From Candidatus Magasanikiibacteriota bacterium (lineage in GTDB: Bacteria > Patescibacteriota > Patescibacteriia > Magasanikbacterales > GWA2-37-8), in NCBI GenBank assembly GCA_041665405.1, contig JBAYIZ010000005.1, positions 2,513-66,512 of the forward strand: 64,000 nucleotides of DNA. The letters run 5' to 3'. Each line of letters opens with the position of its first letter. Within the stretch, counting starts at the first letter, position 1. A model generated the notes under the pieces. That model worked only from the letters and a program-made list of their open reading frames with translations. It was not told where the DNA came from and searched no databases. The translations under genes were made by a program, and so were the position numbers. This document shows positions 27,271-37,379 of this stretch, in pieces.

Positions 27271-28017
27271 ATGAAACGCTCTAAAATATTATACGCGATC
27301 GGTCCCATAGCTATTTTAGCTGGATGGTATTTTTTTGCGTATTATCCTACAAATTTTAATATCTTAATACCGAAACCTGTTCAGGTAATGCTATCGTTCA
27401 AAAATTTCCCACAGATTTTAATGAAGTCGACCATTGCGACTCTGTATACTTGGTCAACTGGAACATTATTGGGAATAATATTAGGAATTTTGATTGGATT
27501 TATTTGCGGCTATTATCAAAATTTATTTAAAATAATCGAAATTCCGCTTGATTTTTTTCGTTCGATTCCCTCAATAACGCTTTTGCCGATTGTCGCTCTT
27601 TTTTTAGGTTCAGGATTAACGGCTAAATTTTTCATTGTCACCTTCGTGACTTTTCTTTATGTATTTATTCACACAACTTATGGAATAAAATATAGTCGCA
27701 CCAGTAAACAAAATTTGGCGTTGGCTTGGCGACTAAATCCTTGGCAAAATTTTAGAGAAATTATATTTTATTCATCTCTGCCGAGCATATTTGCCGGCAT
27801 CCGAACGGCGATTACACTTGGTTTGATAGCTACCATATCATCAGAGATGACAATCCTAGGAACAGCAGGACTGGGGAAAAAAATAATTGATAATATGGTT
27901 ATTTATAACACGACCGAGATGTATGAAATAATAATTATTATTGGACTGATTGGATACGCTACCAATAAGTTAATTGTCATTTTAGAAAATAACGTCATTC
28001 ATTGGAAAGGACATTAG
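27271..28017 (+). CDS. ABC transporter permease, NitT/TauT family
   Basis: TM helices; 'RSIP', 'LPSIFAGIR', 'GLG'. Confidence 0.88.
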   Translation: MKRSKILYAIGPIAILAGWYFFAYYPTNFNILIPKPVQVMLSFKNFPQILMKSTIATLYTWSTGTLLGIILGILIGFICGYYQNLFKIIEIPLDFFRSIPSITLLPIVALFLGSGLTAKFFIVTFVTFLYVFIHTTYGIKYSRTSKQNLALAWRLNPWQNFREIIFYSSLPSIFAGIRTAITLGLIATISSEMTILGTAGLGKKIIDNMVIYNTTEMYEIIIIIGLIGYATNKLIVILENNVIHWKGH

Positions 28018-28745
28018 CCATTTGGCAATGTTTTCCACCATGCTTTCCAAATCGAACGCAGAGTTTGTGCAATGGCCGCATCTTCGATAATCACCGCCGC
28101 CCCAGGACGACGAAAACTCATCATAGTGACTTTGTTATCGTAAATATTTATCTCGGTTTCAAATTCTACATCTTTTACCAATCTAGTTTCGCGTAATTGT
28201 TCATCGTCTTTCTTTTGTACATCTCGCGCAGTATGACTATCTTTGGCAATATTAAAATATTTTATTTTCCGTTTGGCACGCTCTTCTGGAATTCGCCAAA
28301 TCGAAAGTGAGTCCATTAGATAAAACATTTTTTCATAATCCGCAAAACCATAAATACTTCCTTGTGCGGTTAGAAGATCACTATAAGCATTTTTTATTCC
28401 CTCTACTCCCTGATAAAATTTAACTTTCGGTTTGTGTGATGGCAAATTAAATATACTCATCAATTCCGGTAGTGATTGTTTAAATTCTTCACTCTGTCTT
28501 TGCAAACGCAAAGATAAATTATTTGGATCTTCAGCGACCAAGACAACTTTTTTGCCCTCTTTTATTTCAGATACCAAACCTTTATTTTTCATTTCCTCCA
28601 AAAAATTATAAATACTAGTGCGCTTTACACCAGATTTCAACGACACCTCTTGAATTGTTCCTTTTCCCAATTCCAAACAAGCCAGATAAACCTGAGCTTG
28701 TTTTTCGTCTATTCCCATTGTTTTTAGAGTGTCTATGATTGCCAT
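28014..28745 (-). CDS. TrmB-family transcriptional regulator
   Basis: 'AQVYLACLELG...KRTSIY' HTH; 'YQGVEGIK'; 'EINIYDNKV'. Confidence 0.88.
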   Translation of the reverse strand: MAIIDTLKTMGIDEKQAQVYLACLELGKGTIQEVSLKSGVKRTSIYNFLEEMKNKGLVSEIKEGKKVVLVAEDPNNLSLRLQRQSEEFKQSLPELMSIFNLPSHKPKVKFYQGVEGIKNAYSDLLTAQGSIYGFADYEKMFYLMDSLSIWRIPEERAKRKIKYFNIAKDSHTARDVQKKDDEQLRETRLVKDVEFETEINIYDNKVTMMSFRRPGAAVIIEDAAIAQTLRSIWKAWWKTLPNG

Positions 28746-28784
28746 ATGTGTTGAAAGGTGGTGTTTATTTTTAGCCAAAACATT

Positions 28785-28903
28785 ATATTGTCTATATTTT
28801 AGACAATATCATATTTTGATTATATTGTCAATTGTGGCTTATTATAGCTATAATTCTTATTACAATCGAATTGTAAATTGTTTTGACTATAATATGGACA
28901 ATA
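28785..28903. promoter_or_regulatory. two related palindromic operator candidates between divergent trmB and liv genes
   Basis: ATATTGTCTA-N5-TAGACAATAT (28785-28809) and TTGACTATAATATGGACAATA (28883-28903). Confidence 0.55.
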
Positions 28904-28994
28904 ATATTCAAAGCCCATATAATAGGCTGTTTATTATAATAAATTCAAAAGGTCGAAATCTTTTTAAATTAAAAAACTAATCAATAAATTAACT

Positions 28995-30134
28995 ATGAAC
29001 ACAAAAAATAAAATAATTGCTTTAATAACAGTAGTGATGGTAGTCGTGATTGGCGTGAATTTTTATAAATCCAATAACTCATCCAATTCTACCAACATCA
29101 GCGAACCAATCAAAATTGGTTTTATACTTCCACTTAGCGGAGAAATTGCCAGTTTAGGAGAAAATATTAAAGACGGAGCCGTTGTCGCAGCCAATGAAAT
29201 AAACCAAGTGGGAGGAATTAATGGTCGCAAACTAGAATTAGTTTTCGAAGATGGCAAATGTAATCTTAAAGATGGAGTAAATGCAGCCAACAAGTTAATT
29301 AACATAGATAAAGTACCAATCTTAATAAGTGGCTGTTCAGACGAAACCTTGGGTGCCGCTCCCCTAGCCGAACAAAGCCATACCATAATCCTGACTCCTG
29401 TTTCCACCAATCCAAAAATTACTACCGCTGGTGATTATATTTTTCGATTGATACCGTCAGATTCTTTTCAAGGAAAATTCGCTGCCGATTATCTATACGA
29501 TACTTTAAGTAAACGAAAAGTAGCTATTCTTTTTAATACCGACAAAGAATGGAGTGTAGGTGTAAAAACTGTATTTGAAAAACGCTTTTTAGAAAAAGGT
29601 GGCCAAATTGTCGCCAACGAAGGCGTCACCTCAGAAAGTCGAGACTTGCGTACGACTTTAGAAAAAATAAAAGTTTCCCAACCAGATGTAGTATATGCTC
29701 CAACTTTTATTGATTCCGGAATAGTCTTATTAAAACAATCAACCGAAATCGGTCTAGACACACAAATTTTTGGAGGTGATGTCTGGGATGATGCTAAATT
29801 TGGCAAAGAAGCTGGTATTAGTGGTAATGGTGCCCGTTTTTCAGTTGTATCCAACCGACAAAATCCACAATTTTTTATTGATGCGATGAGTGCTCTACCA
29901 GGTGGTAAGGATATCAATGCATACGCCCCGCGCGCTTATGATGCCGTAAAAATTGTCTCTAATATTTTTGCTCGTGTTGGTACTGATACTGAAAAAATAA
30001 AAAACGAACTATACAAAATAAATAATTACATCGGCATTGCTGATACCTACAGTATTGACAACAACGGTGATCTATCCAACGCCCAATATTCAATCAAAGA
30101 ATTCCAAAACGGACAAATCATCGATGTGAAATAA
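28995..30134 (+). CDS. branched-chain amino acid ABC substrate-binding protein (LivJ/K family)
   Basis: 'IKIGFILPLSG', 'GGINGRKLE', 'AYDAV'. Confidence 0.9.
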   Translation: MNTKNKIIALITVVMVVVIGVNFYKSNNSSNSTNISEPIKIGFILPLSGEIASLGENIKDGAVVAANEINQVGGINGRKLELVFEDGKCNLKDGVNAANKLINIDKVPILISGCSDETLGAAPLAEQSHTIILTPVSTNPKITTAGDYIFRLIPSDSFQGKFAADYLYDTLSKRKVAILFNTDKEWSVGVKTVFEKRFLEKGGQIVANEGVTSESRDLRTTLEKIKVSQPDVVYAPTFIDSGIVLLKQSTEIGLDTQIFGGDVWDDAKFGKEAGISGNGARFSVVSNRQNPQFFIDAMSALPGGKDINAYAPRAYDAVKIVSNIFARVGTDTEKIKNELYKINNYIGIADTYSIDNNGDLSNAQYSIKEFQNGQIIDVK

Positions 30135-30142
30135 ATAATAAT

Positions 30143-30171
30143 AAAGGGCATTGGCAACCCAGTGCCCTTTT
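30143..30171 (+). terminator. hairpin/terminator after substrate-binding gene
   Basis: AAAGGGCATTGG-CAAC-CCAGTGCCCTTTT. Confidence 0.7.
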
Positions 30172-30178
30172 GATTTAT

Positions 30179-31039
30179 ATGCCTATCTTTCAAATTACTT
30201 TAAATGGAATTTTAACTGGATGTATCTACTGTTTGATAGCTGTTAGTTTTGGTTTGTCCTATAAAACCGTAAAATTTTATAACTTGGCGCACGTCAGTTT
30301 AATTTTAATTGGAGGTTATACCATGTTGTTGTTTTATAAAATATGGAGTCTTCCTTTCATTCCATCATTGATTATTTCTATTTTATTGACGGCAGTTATT
30401 GCCTATTTAATTCAAAAATATATTTACACGCCATTACGCAACCGCGGAGCCACTGACATGGCTATGCTAATCGCCTCTTTAGGAATTAACGCGATTATTA
30501 GTGGTCTGATTGCCATAATTTTTTCTAACCAATTTCAGTCAATCGCCAACGCTAATCTTCCGACAATTATTTATACTTTTTTTAATTTAAGTATTACAAA
30601 AATTCAATTATTCAATTTTATTACTACCACCTTTGTATTAATTTTTGTCTTTTCAATTAATAAATATTCCAACTTGGGTAGGGCAATATCTGCTATCGGT
30701 GACAACGAGGAAACGGCAAAAATTTTCGGCATCGATACAAAAAAAATTATTGGTCGAACGGCTTTTTTATCGGGCGCGATAGCTGGTCTCTCAGGCATAA
30801 TTATTGGCTTTGATACGGGATTAAAACCAACCTTTGGAACAATGATTGTATATAAAGGTATCGCCGCCAACATAATTGGTGGCATTGGCAACCTTCCTTT
30901 ATCCGCCCTGACTTCGATTATTTTGGGAATTACTGAAAACTTTGGTACCTATATTTTAAACAGTCAATGGCGGGACTTAATTGTATTTTTATTAATGATT
31001 ATTTTTATGTATTGCCGATCATTAAAAAACGCCCGATAA
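30179..31039 (+). CDS. livH: branched-chain amino acid ABC permease
   Basis: 'NLAH', 'GRAISA', 'IIGGIG'; operon order. Confidence 0.85.
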   Translation: MPIFQITLNGILTGCIYCLIAVSFGLSYKTVKFYNLAHVSLILIGGYTMLLFYKIWSLPFIPSLIISILLTAVIAYLIQKYIYTPLRNRGATDMAMLIASLGINAIISGLIAIIFSNQFQSIANANLPTIIYTFFNLSITKIQLFNFITTTFVLIFVFSINKYSNLGRAISAIGDNEETAKIFGIDTKKIIGRTAFLSGAIAGLSGIIIGFDTGLKPTFGTMIVYKGIAANIIGGIGNLPLSALTSIILGITENFGTYILNSQWRDLIVFLLMIIFMYCRSLKNAR

Positions 31040-31040
31040 T

Positions 31041-31907
31041 ATGTTTTACCTAACCCACATTTTAATTTTATTATCGATTTATATTATTTTATGTTTGGGA
31101 TTAAATCTGTTAGCAGGTAATACTGGCCTAATGAACCTATCCCAAGCGGCATTTTATGGTTTAGGTTCCTATTTATCCGCCATTTTTTTAACTAATTTTC
31201 ATCTAAATTTTTTTATAATAATATTGTTGACCATTATTATTATGATGGCAATTAGCTGGCCAATTGGTTATATTTTAAACCGTATTAAAGGTGATGATTT
31301 TGCTTTAGCTACACTAGGCATTAATATCATTATGTACGAATTGGTCATGAATTTGACTTCCATCACCAACGGGCCAGTGGGAATAGTTGGAGTCCCTAGG
31401 CCAACCATCGGAAATTTTACATTGAACAATAATTATTCTTTTCTATTTTTGTGTGTTGTGGCCCTAGTTATAATTTATATTCTGACTCTCATAATTTCTC
31501 GTTCATCGTTTGGTAGAGTTTTAAAATTTATTCGTGATGATGAAGATACTGCAAAAAGTTTTGGATACAAAACTGGACAATACAAATTGACTGTTTTTAT
31601 TTTTAATGCTTCCATCACCGCCGTGGCTGGAACTTTATTCGCTTCTTTCGCTAGAATGATTGAACCCACTGCCCTTTATACCAGTGAATCTATTTTAATA
31701 CTATCTGCTGTGATTTTAGGCGGATTGAGTAATCATATCGGATCAATATTTGGCGCAGTAATCATAGTCACCCTGCCAGAAATTTTACGCTTTATTGGCT
31801 TACCCAGTGCGATAGAAACTCAAGCTCGACAAATATTATATGGTTTAATGTTAGTGTCATTTATGTTTTATCGTCCACAGGGAATTTTTGGTCGATATAA
31901 ATTATAA
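31041..31907 (+). CDS. livM: branched-chain amino acid ABC permease
   Basis: 'GLNLLAGNTG', 'AFYGLGSY', 'RPQGI'. Confidence 0.87.
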   Translation: MFYLTHILILLSIYIILCLGLNLLAGNTGLMNLSQAAFYGLGSYLSAIFLTNFHLNFFIIILLTIIIMMAISWPIGYILNRIKGDDFALATLGINIIMYELVMNLTSITNGPVGIVGVPRPTIGNFTLNNNYSFLFLCVVALVIIYILTLIISRSSFGRVLKFIRDDEDTAKSFGYKTGQYKLTVFIFNASITAVAGTLFASFARMIEPTALYTSESILILSAVILGGLSNHIGSIFGAVIIVTLPEILRFIGLPSAIETQARQILYGLMLVSFMFYRPQGIFGRYKL

Positions 31908-31908
31908 T

Positions 31909-32616
31909 ATGAATATTTTAGAATTAAAAAATATTACCAAAAAATATGGTGCTACTACCGCTCTAGATAATTTATCTATCGCTTTTAGGGCAGGTAGAAT
32001 TTCGGGCGTAACTGGACCAAACGGCTCAGGAAAAAGTACTATGTTCAACATTATCAGCGGAAGACAAAACACCGATGAGGGAGAAATTTTTTTGAACAGA
32101 AAAAAAATACCCTATTTGAATATTGAAAGCGCCAATATATGCGGCATAATTTATGTTTTTCAGGAGCCAAAACTGTTTGATCAAATTTCAGTTTTAGATA
32201 ATATATTAGCACCGAAAATGATCAAACCGATTTTTGCTGCCATGAGAGAAATGAACTACGACCGACATATTCAATCAATTTGCCCAATACTCAAAAAAAT
32301 GGGTTTATGGGATAAACGAAACGAACTTGCATCTAATCTTTCTTATGGACAGAGAAAACTATTACAATTGTCGCGAGCGGTAGCGAGCAACGCCTCAATA
32401 ATTTTGTTGGATGAACCATTTGCCGGATTATTTTCTGAAACTAAACAAATTATCAAACAAATTATAATTGAACTAAAAAAACAAAATAAAACCATTATCT
32501 TAATTGAACATAACCAAAAGATACTACAGGATTTATGCGACAAAATATTTTTATTAAATAACGGCCATTTGGTTAATTGCGAGAAACCAGAAAAAATATG
32601 GGGCAAATTATTATAA
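31909..32616 (+). CDS. livG: branched-chain amino acid ABC ATP-binding protein
   Basis: GPNGSGKST, LSYGQ, LLDEPFAG. Confidence 0.87.
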   Translation: MNILELKNITKKYGATTALDNLSIAFRAGRISGVTGPNGSGKSTMFNIISGRQNTDEGEIFLNRKKIPYLNIESANICGIIYVFQEPKLFDQISVLDNILAPKMIKPIFAAMREMNYDRHIQSICPILKKMGLWDKRNELASNLSYGQRKLLQLSRAVASNASIILLDEPFAGLFSETKQIIKQIIIELKKQNKTIILIEHNQKILQDLCDKIFLLNNGHLVNCEKPEKIWGKLL

Positions 32617-33242
32617 AAAATATAACGGTAAAATTTGGAGATACACCAATTTTGGATAATATCTCATTGACTGTGAATCGTGGACAAATAATTGGCATTG
32701 TGGGAGAAAACGGTTCTGGAAAAACCACTTTACTGAAAACAATCTTTGGTATAATAAAACCAAAAGAAGGTACTATTATTATTGAAAAAGATTCCGGTCC
32801 GTTTGAATCCAATAGAGATATTATGTACTTGCCTCAAGAGGAAAAAATCTTTTCCAATTTGACCGTAGAAGAAAATTTAAAAATGAATATTTTTTATTTA
32901 AATAATAAAAAAGAATTAAACATGAAAATAGCCAAGGCTTTAATTTATTTTCCAATCTTAAAAAGCCGACTAAAAAACAAAGCTGGTTATTTATCTGGCG
33001 GAGAGCAACAAATGCTCGCCCTGTCACGCATTATCATTATAAAGCCAAAAATTGTACTACTGGACGAACCAACCCTGGGACTTTCGGAAAAATTGATTGC
33101 CGAGATATTCCAAAGAATTAAGGAAATTAATCAACAATATCAAACTACTGTGCTAATAGCGGAACATAACGTCGAAGCTTTGAAAGTAATTTCTGACCAT
33201 ATTTTGACCATAGATAACAACAAAATTAAAACCATTACTTAA
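32598..33242 (+). CDS. livF: branched-chain amino acid ABC ATP-binding protein
   Basis: GENGSGKTT, LSGGEQQMLA, LLDEPTLGL. Confidence 0.87.
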   Translation: MGQIIIKNITVKFGDTPILDNISLTVNRGQIIGIVGENGSGKTTLLKTIFGIIKPKEGTIIIEKDSGPFESNRDIMYLPQEEKIFSNLTVEENLKMNIFYLNNKKELNMKIAKALIYFPILKSRLKNKAGYLSGGEQQMLALSRIIIIKPKIVLLDEPTLGLSEKLIAEIFQRIKEINQQYQTTVLIAEHNVEALKVISDHILTIDNNKIKTIT

Positions 33243-33320
33243 TCCTTGCCCAAACCTAGCAAAAATGATAATATTGACATTGAAAGATCCCCGCGTTTGC
33301 GAGGATAACAATGTCTAAAT

Positions 33321-34883
33321 ATGCCAAAATACATCCCTATTATCGGTCTAGAAATCCATGTGGAACTCAAAACCAAGAGCAAAATGTTTTGTGCCTGTGC
33401 GAACAATCCAGACCGCGATGCTCCCAACACCAATATCTGTGAAATTTGTCTCGCCCACCCTGGCACTATTCCTGTACCAAATAAAACCGCGATTGAATGG
33501 ACGGTAAAAATCGCCTCCGCTTTGGGATGTAAAATAAATGAATATTCCAAATTTGATCGCAAACATTATTTTTATCCAGATTTACCAAAAGGTTATCAGA
33601 TTTCTCAGTATGACCAACCAGTTGGTGAACATGGCGCGGTGGAATTAAATTTTGTAAATACCAAAAATCATCGTGACTCTGCTCGTATCGGTATCACCCG
33701 CGTTCACCTCGAAGAAGATACTGCCAAACTCACTCACGGCACCGATGGTAGTTCACTAGTAGATTTCAATCGTGCTGGTGTACCATTGGTGGAAATTGTT
33801 TCTGATCCAGACATACAAAGTAGCACCGAAGCCAAAGCGTATTGCCAAGAATTGCAAACCATTTTGCGCTATCTAGATGTGAGTGATGCTGATATGGAAA
33901 AAGGCCACATGCGTTGTGAGGCCAATATTTCGATTCAAGAAGAAGGAAAATTTCAGATTATCAATGGTGTTGTAAAACCAGTTGGTAGTTATACATTAAA
34001 TAATAAAGTAGAAGTAAAAAATATCAATTCATTCAAGGCAATGGAAAAAGCGATTGATTTTGAAATCAAACGCCAAACTGCTCTCGCAGAAAAAGGCGAA
34101 AGTTGGGGTCCAGAAACTCGCGGGCTTGACGATGCCAAAGGCGAAACCGTACTGCAACGCGTGAAAGAATCCGCCGCTGATTATCGTTATTTCCCTGAGC
34201 CAGATATTCCTCCATTTCACCCATTACAAATTGCTGGCGAATTACATCTACCAGAATTACCTTCCACTCGTCGCAATCGTTTTCATTCTGAATATGGCTT
34301 TTCTTACGCTGATGCCCAAATTCTCACTACCGATAAATATTGGGCCGAATTTGCGGAAAATGTTTTCAGTGAATTAAAAAATTGGTTGAGTGATTTAAAA
34401 AATAATTTACTGATTGAAGAAACTATTAAAAATAAAAAAGAAGGAACACCTTCCCAACAGTTGGCTCGCCTTACTGGTGGTTGGCTTACTACCAAATTAG
34501 CGGGCGCGATGGCTGAAAGAAAAATCGATATTAAAGTTTTAAAAATTAAGCCAGAAAATTTTGCCGAATTGATCGCTCTAATTTTTACCAACCGTTTAAA
34601 TTCTACCAATGCTCAAAAAGTACTAAACGAAATGTTGGACTCTGGAGTAGATATGGATCCTACCCATATTATGGAAGAAAAAGGCTACGGACAAGTAACA
34701 GATGAAGGAAAACTAACCGAGATTGTAGCCGAAGTGATAAAAAATAATCCTAAACAAGTAGAACAATTTAAGGCTGGCAAAGAGCCAATTCTTCAATTCC
34801 TAAAAGGGATGGCGATGAAAGCGACCGAAGGTAGCGCAGATCCAGTGGTGGCAGAAAAATTATTGAGAGACCAATTAAAATAA
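33321..34883 (+). CDS. gatB: Asp/Glu-tRNA amidotransferase subunit B
   Basis: 'IGLEIHVEL', 'YFYPDLPKGYQISQ', 'DYRYFPEPD'. Confidence 0.97.
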   Translation: MPKYIPIIGLEIHVELKTKSKMFCACANNPDRDAPNTNICEICLAHPGTIPVPNKTAIEWTVKIASALGCKINEYSKFDRKHYFYPDLPKGYQISQYDQPVGEHGAVELNFVNTKNHRDSARIGITRVHLEEDTAKLTHGTDGSSLVDFNRAGVPLVEIVSDPDIQSSTEAKAYCQELQTILRYLDVSDADMEKGHMRCEANISIQEEGKFQIINGVVKPVGSYTLNNKVEVKNINSFKAMEKAIDFEIKRQTALAEKGESWGPETRGLDDAKGETVLQRVKESAADYRYFPEPDIPPFHPLQIAGELHLPELPSTRRNRFHSEYGFSYADAQILTTDKYWAEFAENVFSELKNWLSDLKNNLLIEETIKNKKEGTPSQQLARLTGGWLTTKLAGAMAERKIDIKVLKIKPENFAELIALIFTNRLNSTNAQKVLNEMLDSGVDMDPTHIMEEKGYGQVTDEGKLTEIVAEVIKNNPKQVEQFKAGKEPILQFLKGMAMKATEGSADPVVAEKLLRDQLK

Positions 34884-34887
34884 AAAT

Positions 34888-36108
34888 ATGGCGATTGTAC
34901 TAGGAAAAGAAACAAAAAAAGCCAAGGATAACTTCAACTTCAGCGGACAACCTTTTTCTACAAAATTGGCAAAGAATATTGCTTTGATCAAATCGGTGTC
35001 GGCAGAAGCTAATGCCGATTTAAAAGTATTGGATAAAACAATTGCTCAGGCGATTGTTTTGGTGTGCAATGAAATATTGAACGACAAACATTTGGAACAA
35101 TTTGTAGTCGACCAATATCAAGGTGGTGCCGGGACCTCGATGAATATGAACGCCAACGAAGTGATTACTGGACTAGCGCAAAAATTATTAAAAAATAAAA
35201 TCGCTGTGCATCCTTTGGACCATGTAAACCGTTCACAATCCACCAACGATGTTGTCCCTAGCGCAGCTAAAATTACTGTCCTACAATTATTAGATGACCT
35301 AGATCAAGAATTGGATAGTTATATAAAAATAACCAAAGAAAAAGCGCAACAATTTAAAAATATTAAAAAAAGTGGCCGTACTCACTTACAAGATGCCGTA
35401 CCGATGACGTTGGGACAAGAATTTTCCGCGCACGCTTGCGCAATAGAAAAAGATATTGCGCGATTAAACAAAACTCGTGCCAATCTTTATGAATTAAACT
35501 TAGGCGGGACTGCCATTGGTACAGAAATAAATTGTCCAAAAGGTTTTCGTCAATCGGTAATAAAAAAACTGGCCATTGCTACACACTATCCCCTGCGTTC
35601 CGCTTCAAATTTAATTTATTCTACTCAATATTGCGATCAATTTTTAGAAGTTGGATCAACTCTGACGATTCTGTCTTCAAATTTAATTAAATTTTTAAAT
35701 GATTTGCGCTTATTGGCATCCGGACCAAATACTGGACTAAACGAAATTAATTTTGCTCCTGTACAAAACGGTTCTACCATCATGCCAGGAAAAGTAAATC
35801 CTGTGATGGCCGAAGCTCTCACTCAAATTTGTTTTCAAGTAATTGGTAACTACCAAACAATGTTATTATCCGCTCAAGCGGGACAACTGGAATTAAATGT
35901 AATGGCACCAGTGCTGTATAAAAATCTATTTGAATCGTTGGAACTGATGACCAACGGTGTACACCAATTTTCTAAATTAGGCATGAATACTATTACCGCT
36001 AGTCCAGAAAAATGTAAAAAATGGTTGCAAGATAACACGACCGCTCAAAAAACTAAATTTGCGAATGAAATTGGTTATGATCAGGCCGAAAAAAAGAAAG
36101 GTGGATAA
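34888..36108 (+). CDS. aspA: aspartate ammonia-lyase (class II fumarase family), shortened
   Basis: 'GGAGTSMNMNANE', 'GRTHLQDA', 'GSTIMPGKVNP'. Confidence 0.82.
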   Translation: MAIVLGKETKKAKDNFNFSGQPFSTKLAKNIALIKSVSAEANADLKVLDKTIAQAIVLVCNEILNDKHLEQFVVDQYQGGAGTSMNMNANEVITGLAQKLLKNKIAVHPLDHVNRSQSTNDVVPSAAKITVLQLLDDLDQELDSYIKITKEKAQQFKNIKKSGRTHLQDAVPMTLGQEFSAHACAIEKDIARLNKTRANLYELNLGGTAIGTEINCPKGFRQSVIKKLAIATHYPLRSASNLIYSTQYCDQFLEVGSTLTILSSNLIKFLNDLRLLASGPNTGLNEINFAPVQNGSTIMPGKVNPVMAEALTQICFQVIGNYQTMLLSAQAGQLELNVMAPVLYKNLFESLELMTNGVHQFSKLGMNTITASPEKCKKWLQDNTTAQKTKFANEIGYDQAEKKKGG

Positions 36109-36270
36109 GTATTTTTATATCGAATCTTAGCCAATAACCGGCCATTGACAGCACATCGAAAAAATGGGAGAATATCTTAGATAAAAATATGAATACTCCC
36201 CTAAATTATCACAAAAAGCAACACGAAAAAACCGCAGGGGGAGCATTTTTCATTTTTACAAGTATTTCAC

Positions 36271-36297
36271 AAAACCACCGTTAATCGGTGGTTTTTT
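36271..36297 (+). terminator. intrinsic terminator upstream of upp
   Basis: AAAACCACCG-TTAAT-CGGTGGTTTTTT. Confidence 0.75.
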
Positions 36298-36445
36298 ATA
36301 GTTCTTTTACAATTTGTTGTTCATTGAAAAAGCGAAGTTTGTTCGCACTCTTTAGAATCTTCCTGGATTTTGAAGAGTGCGCACAGCTTCGTTTGATTTC
36401 ACCAACCCACACCGTCGCTGAAGTAGCGATTGGAGATTAGAAGCC

Positions 36446-37267
36446 ATGGCCGAAAAGACTTACATGTCCCTGACTGCAGCCCCCGGAGAGATCCACCACA
36501 TGTACGGCGACAACGTGCACCTGATGCACGACCCGCTGGCCCTGACGTGGCTCGCCCGGCTGTGTCATCCGTCCTGCGTGCAGCCCGAGATCAATCGGCT
36601 CATCACCCTGCTGTACCAAAACCTCGTTCGCGAGGTGATCAACCGCGAGCTCCCGCGGCGGATCGTGCGCTCCGAGACCCGCATGCGCGAGTACACCGAG
36701 CACGGCTACTACGACGGCATCGTCATCGACCCCGACTTCGAGGTGACGACCGTCGACATCATCCGGGCGGGCATGTTGCCTTCGATGGTGTGCTACGACA
36801 GACTCAACGAGATCCTCGACCCCAGCCGCGTCCGCCAAGACCACATCATGATGAGCCGACTGGTCAACGTCGACCAACAGGTCACGGGCGCCGGTCTCTT
36901 CGGCAACAAGATCGCTGGTCCGGTCGCCGGTCGGTTGATCTTGTGCCCGGATCCGATGGGGGCTACTGGTGGTTCCATGGTCGAGGCCGTGCACTTCTAC
37001 ATGAACGAACTGGACGGACCGCCGGAGCGTTTCTGCACGCTGAACCTGATCATCACCCCGGAGTACCTGAAGAAGATCCAGAGCGAGTTCCCCGACGGCC
37101 TCGTGACCGTCTACGCGTACCGCCTGGACCGTGGCTTGTCCGACCCCGACGTGCTGGCCGACATCCCCGGCGCTCAGTGGGACCGCGAACGCGGCCTGAA
37201 CGATCGCCAGTACATCGTGCCGGGCGCCGGCGGCATGGGTGAGATCATGAACAACGCGCTGTCGTGA
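36446..37267 (+). CDS. upp: uracil phosphoribosyltransferase-family protein, GC-rich
   Basis: 'IIRAG', 'DPMGATGGS', 'YIVPGAG' UPRTase motifs; near-exclusive G/C third positions. Confidence 0.85.
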   Translation: MAEKTYMSLTAAPGEIHHMYGDNVHLMHDPLALTWLARLCHPSCVQPEINRLITLLYQNLVREVINRELPRRIVRSETRMREYTEHGYYDGIVIDPDFEVTTVDIIRAGMLPSMVCYDRLNEILDPSRVRQDHIMMSRLVNVDQQVTGAGLFGNKIAGPVAGRLILCPDPMGATGGSMVEAVHFYMNELDGPPERFCTLNLIITPEYLKKIQSEFPDGLVTVYAYRLDRGLSDPDVLADIPGAQWDRERGLNDRQYIVPGAGGMGEIMNNALS

Positions 37268-37288
37268 TAGACAGCGAAGGAGGACAAC

Positions 37289-37334
37289 GTGTCGCCCCTT
37301 CTCCTCCCTTGTCGGGACGGAGAAGGGGCGGCGC
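37289..37334 (+). terminator. strong GC hairpin downstream of upp
   Basis: GTCGCCCCTTCTCC...GGAGAAGGGGCGGC; no U tract directly after. Confidence 0.55.
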
Positions 37335-37379
37335 ATTCACTTAAATCAAAAAAAAATTAATTGTTTTTTTAATTTATAC

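Noticed and set aside
36430-37336. Long alternative-frame and antisense ORFs over upp (270 aa, 299 aa)
   Set aside because: Typical by-product of strong GC3 bias; only 36446-37267 has UPRTase motifs.
37277-37360. SD plus GTG mini-ORF after upp
   Set aside because: Only ~23 codons, embedded in the hairpin and running into AT-rich DNA; no coding support.
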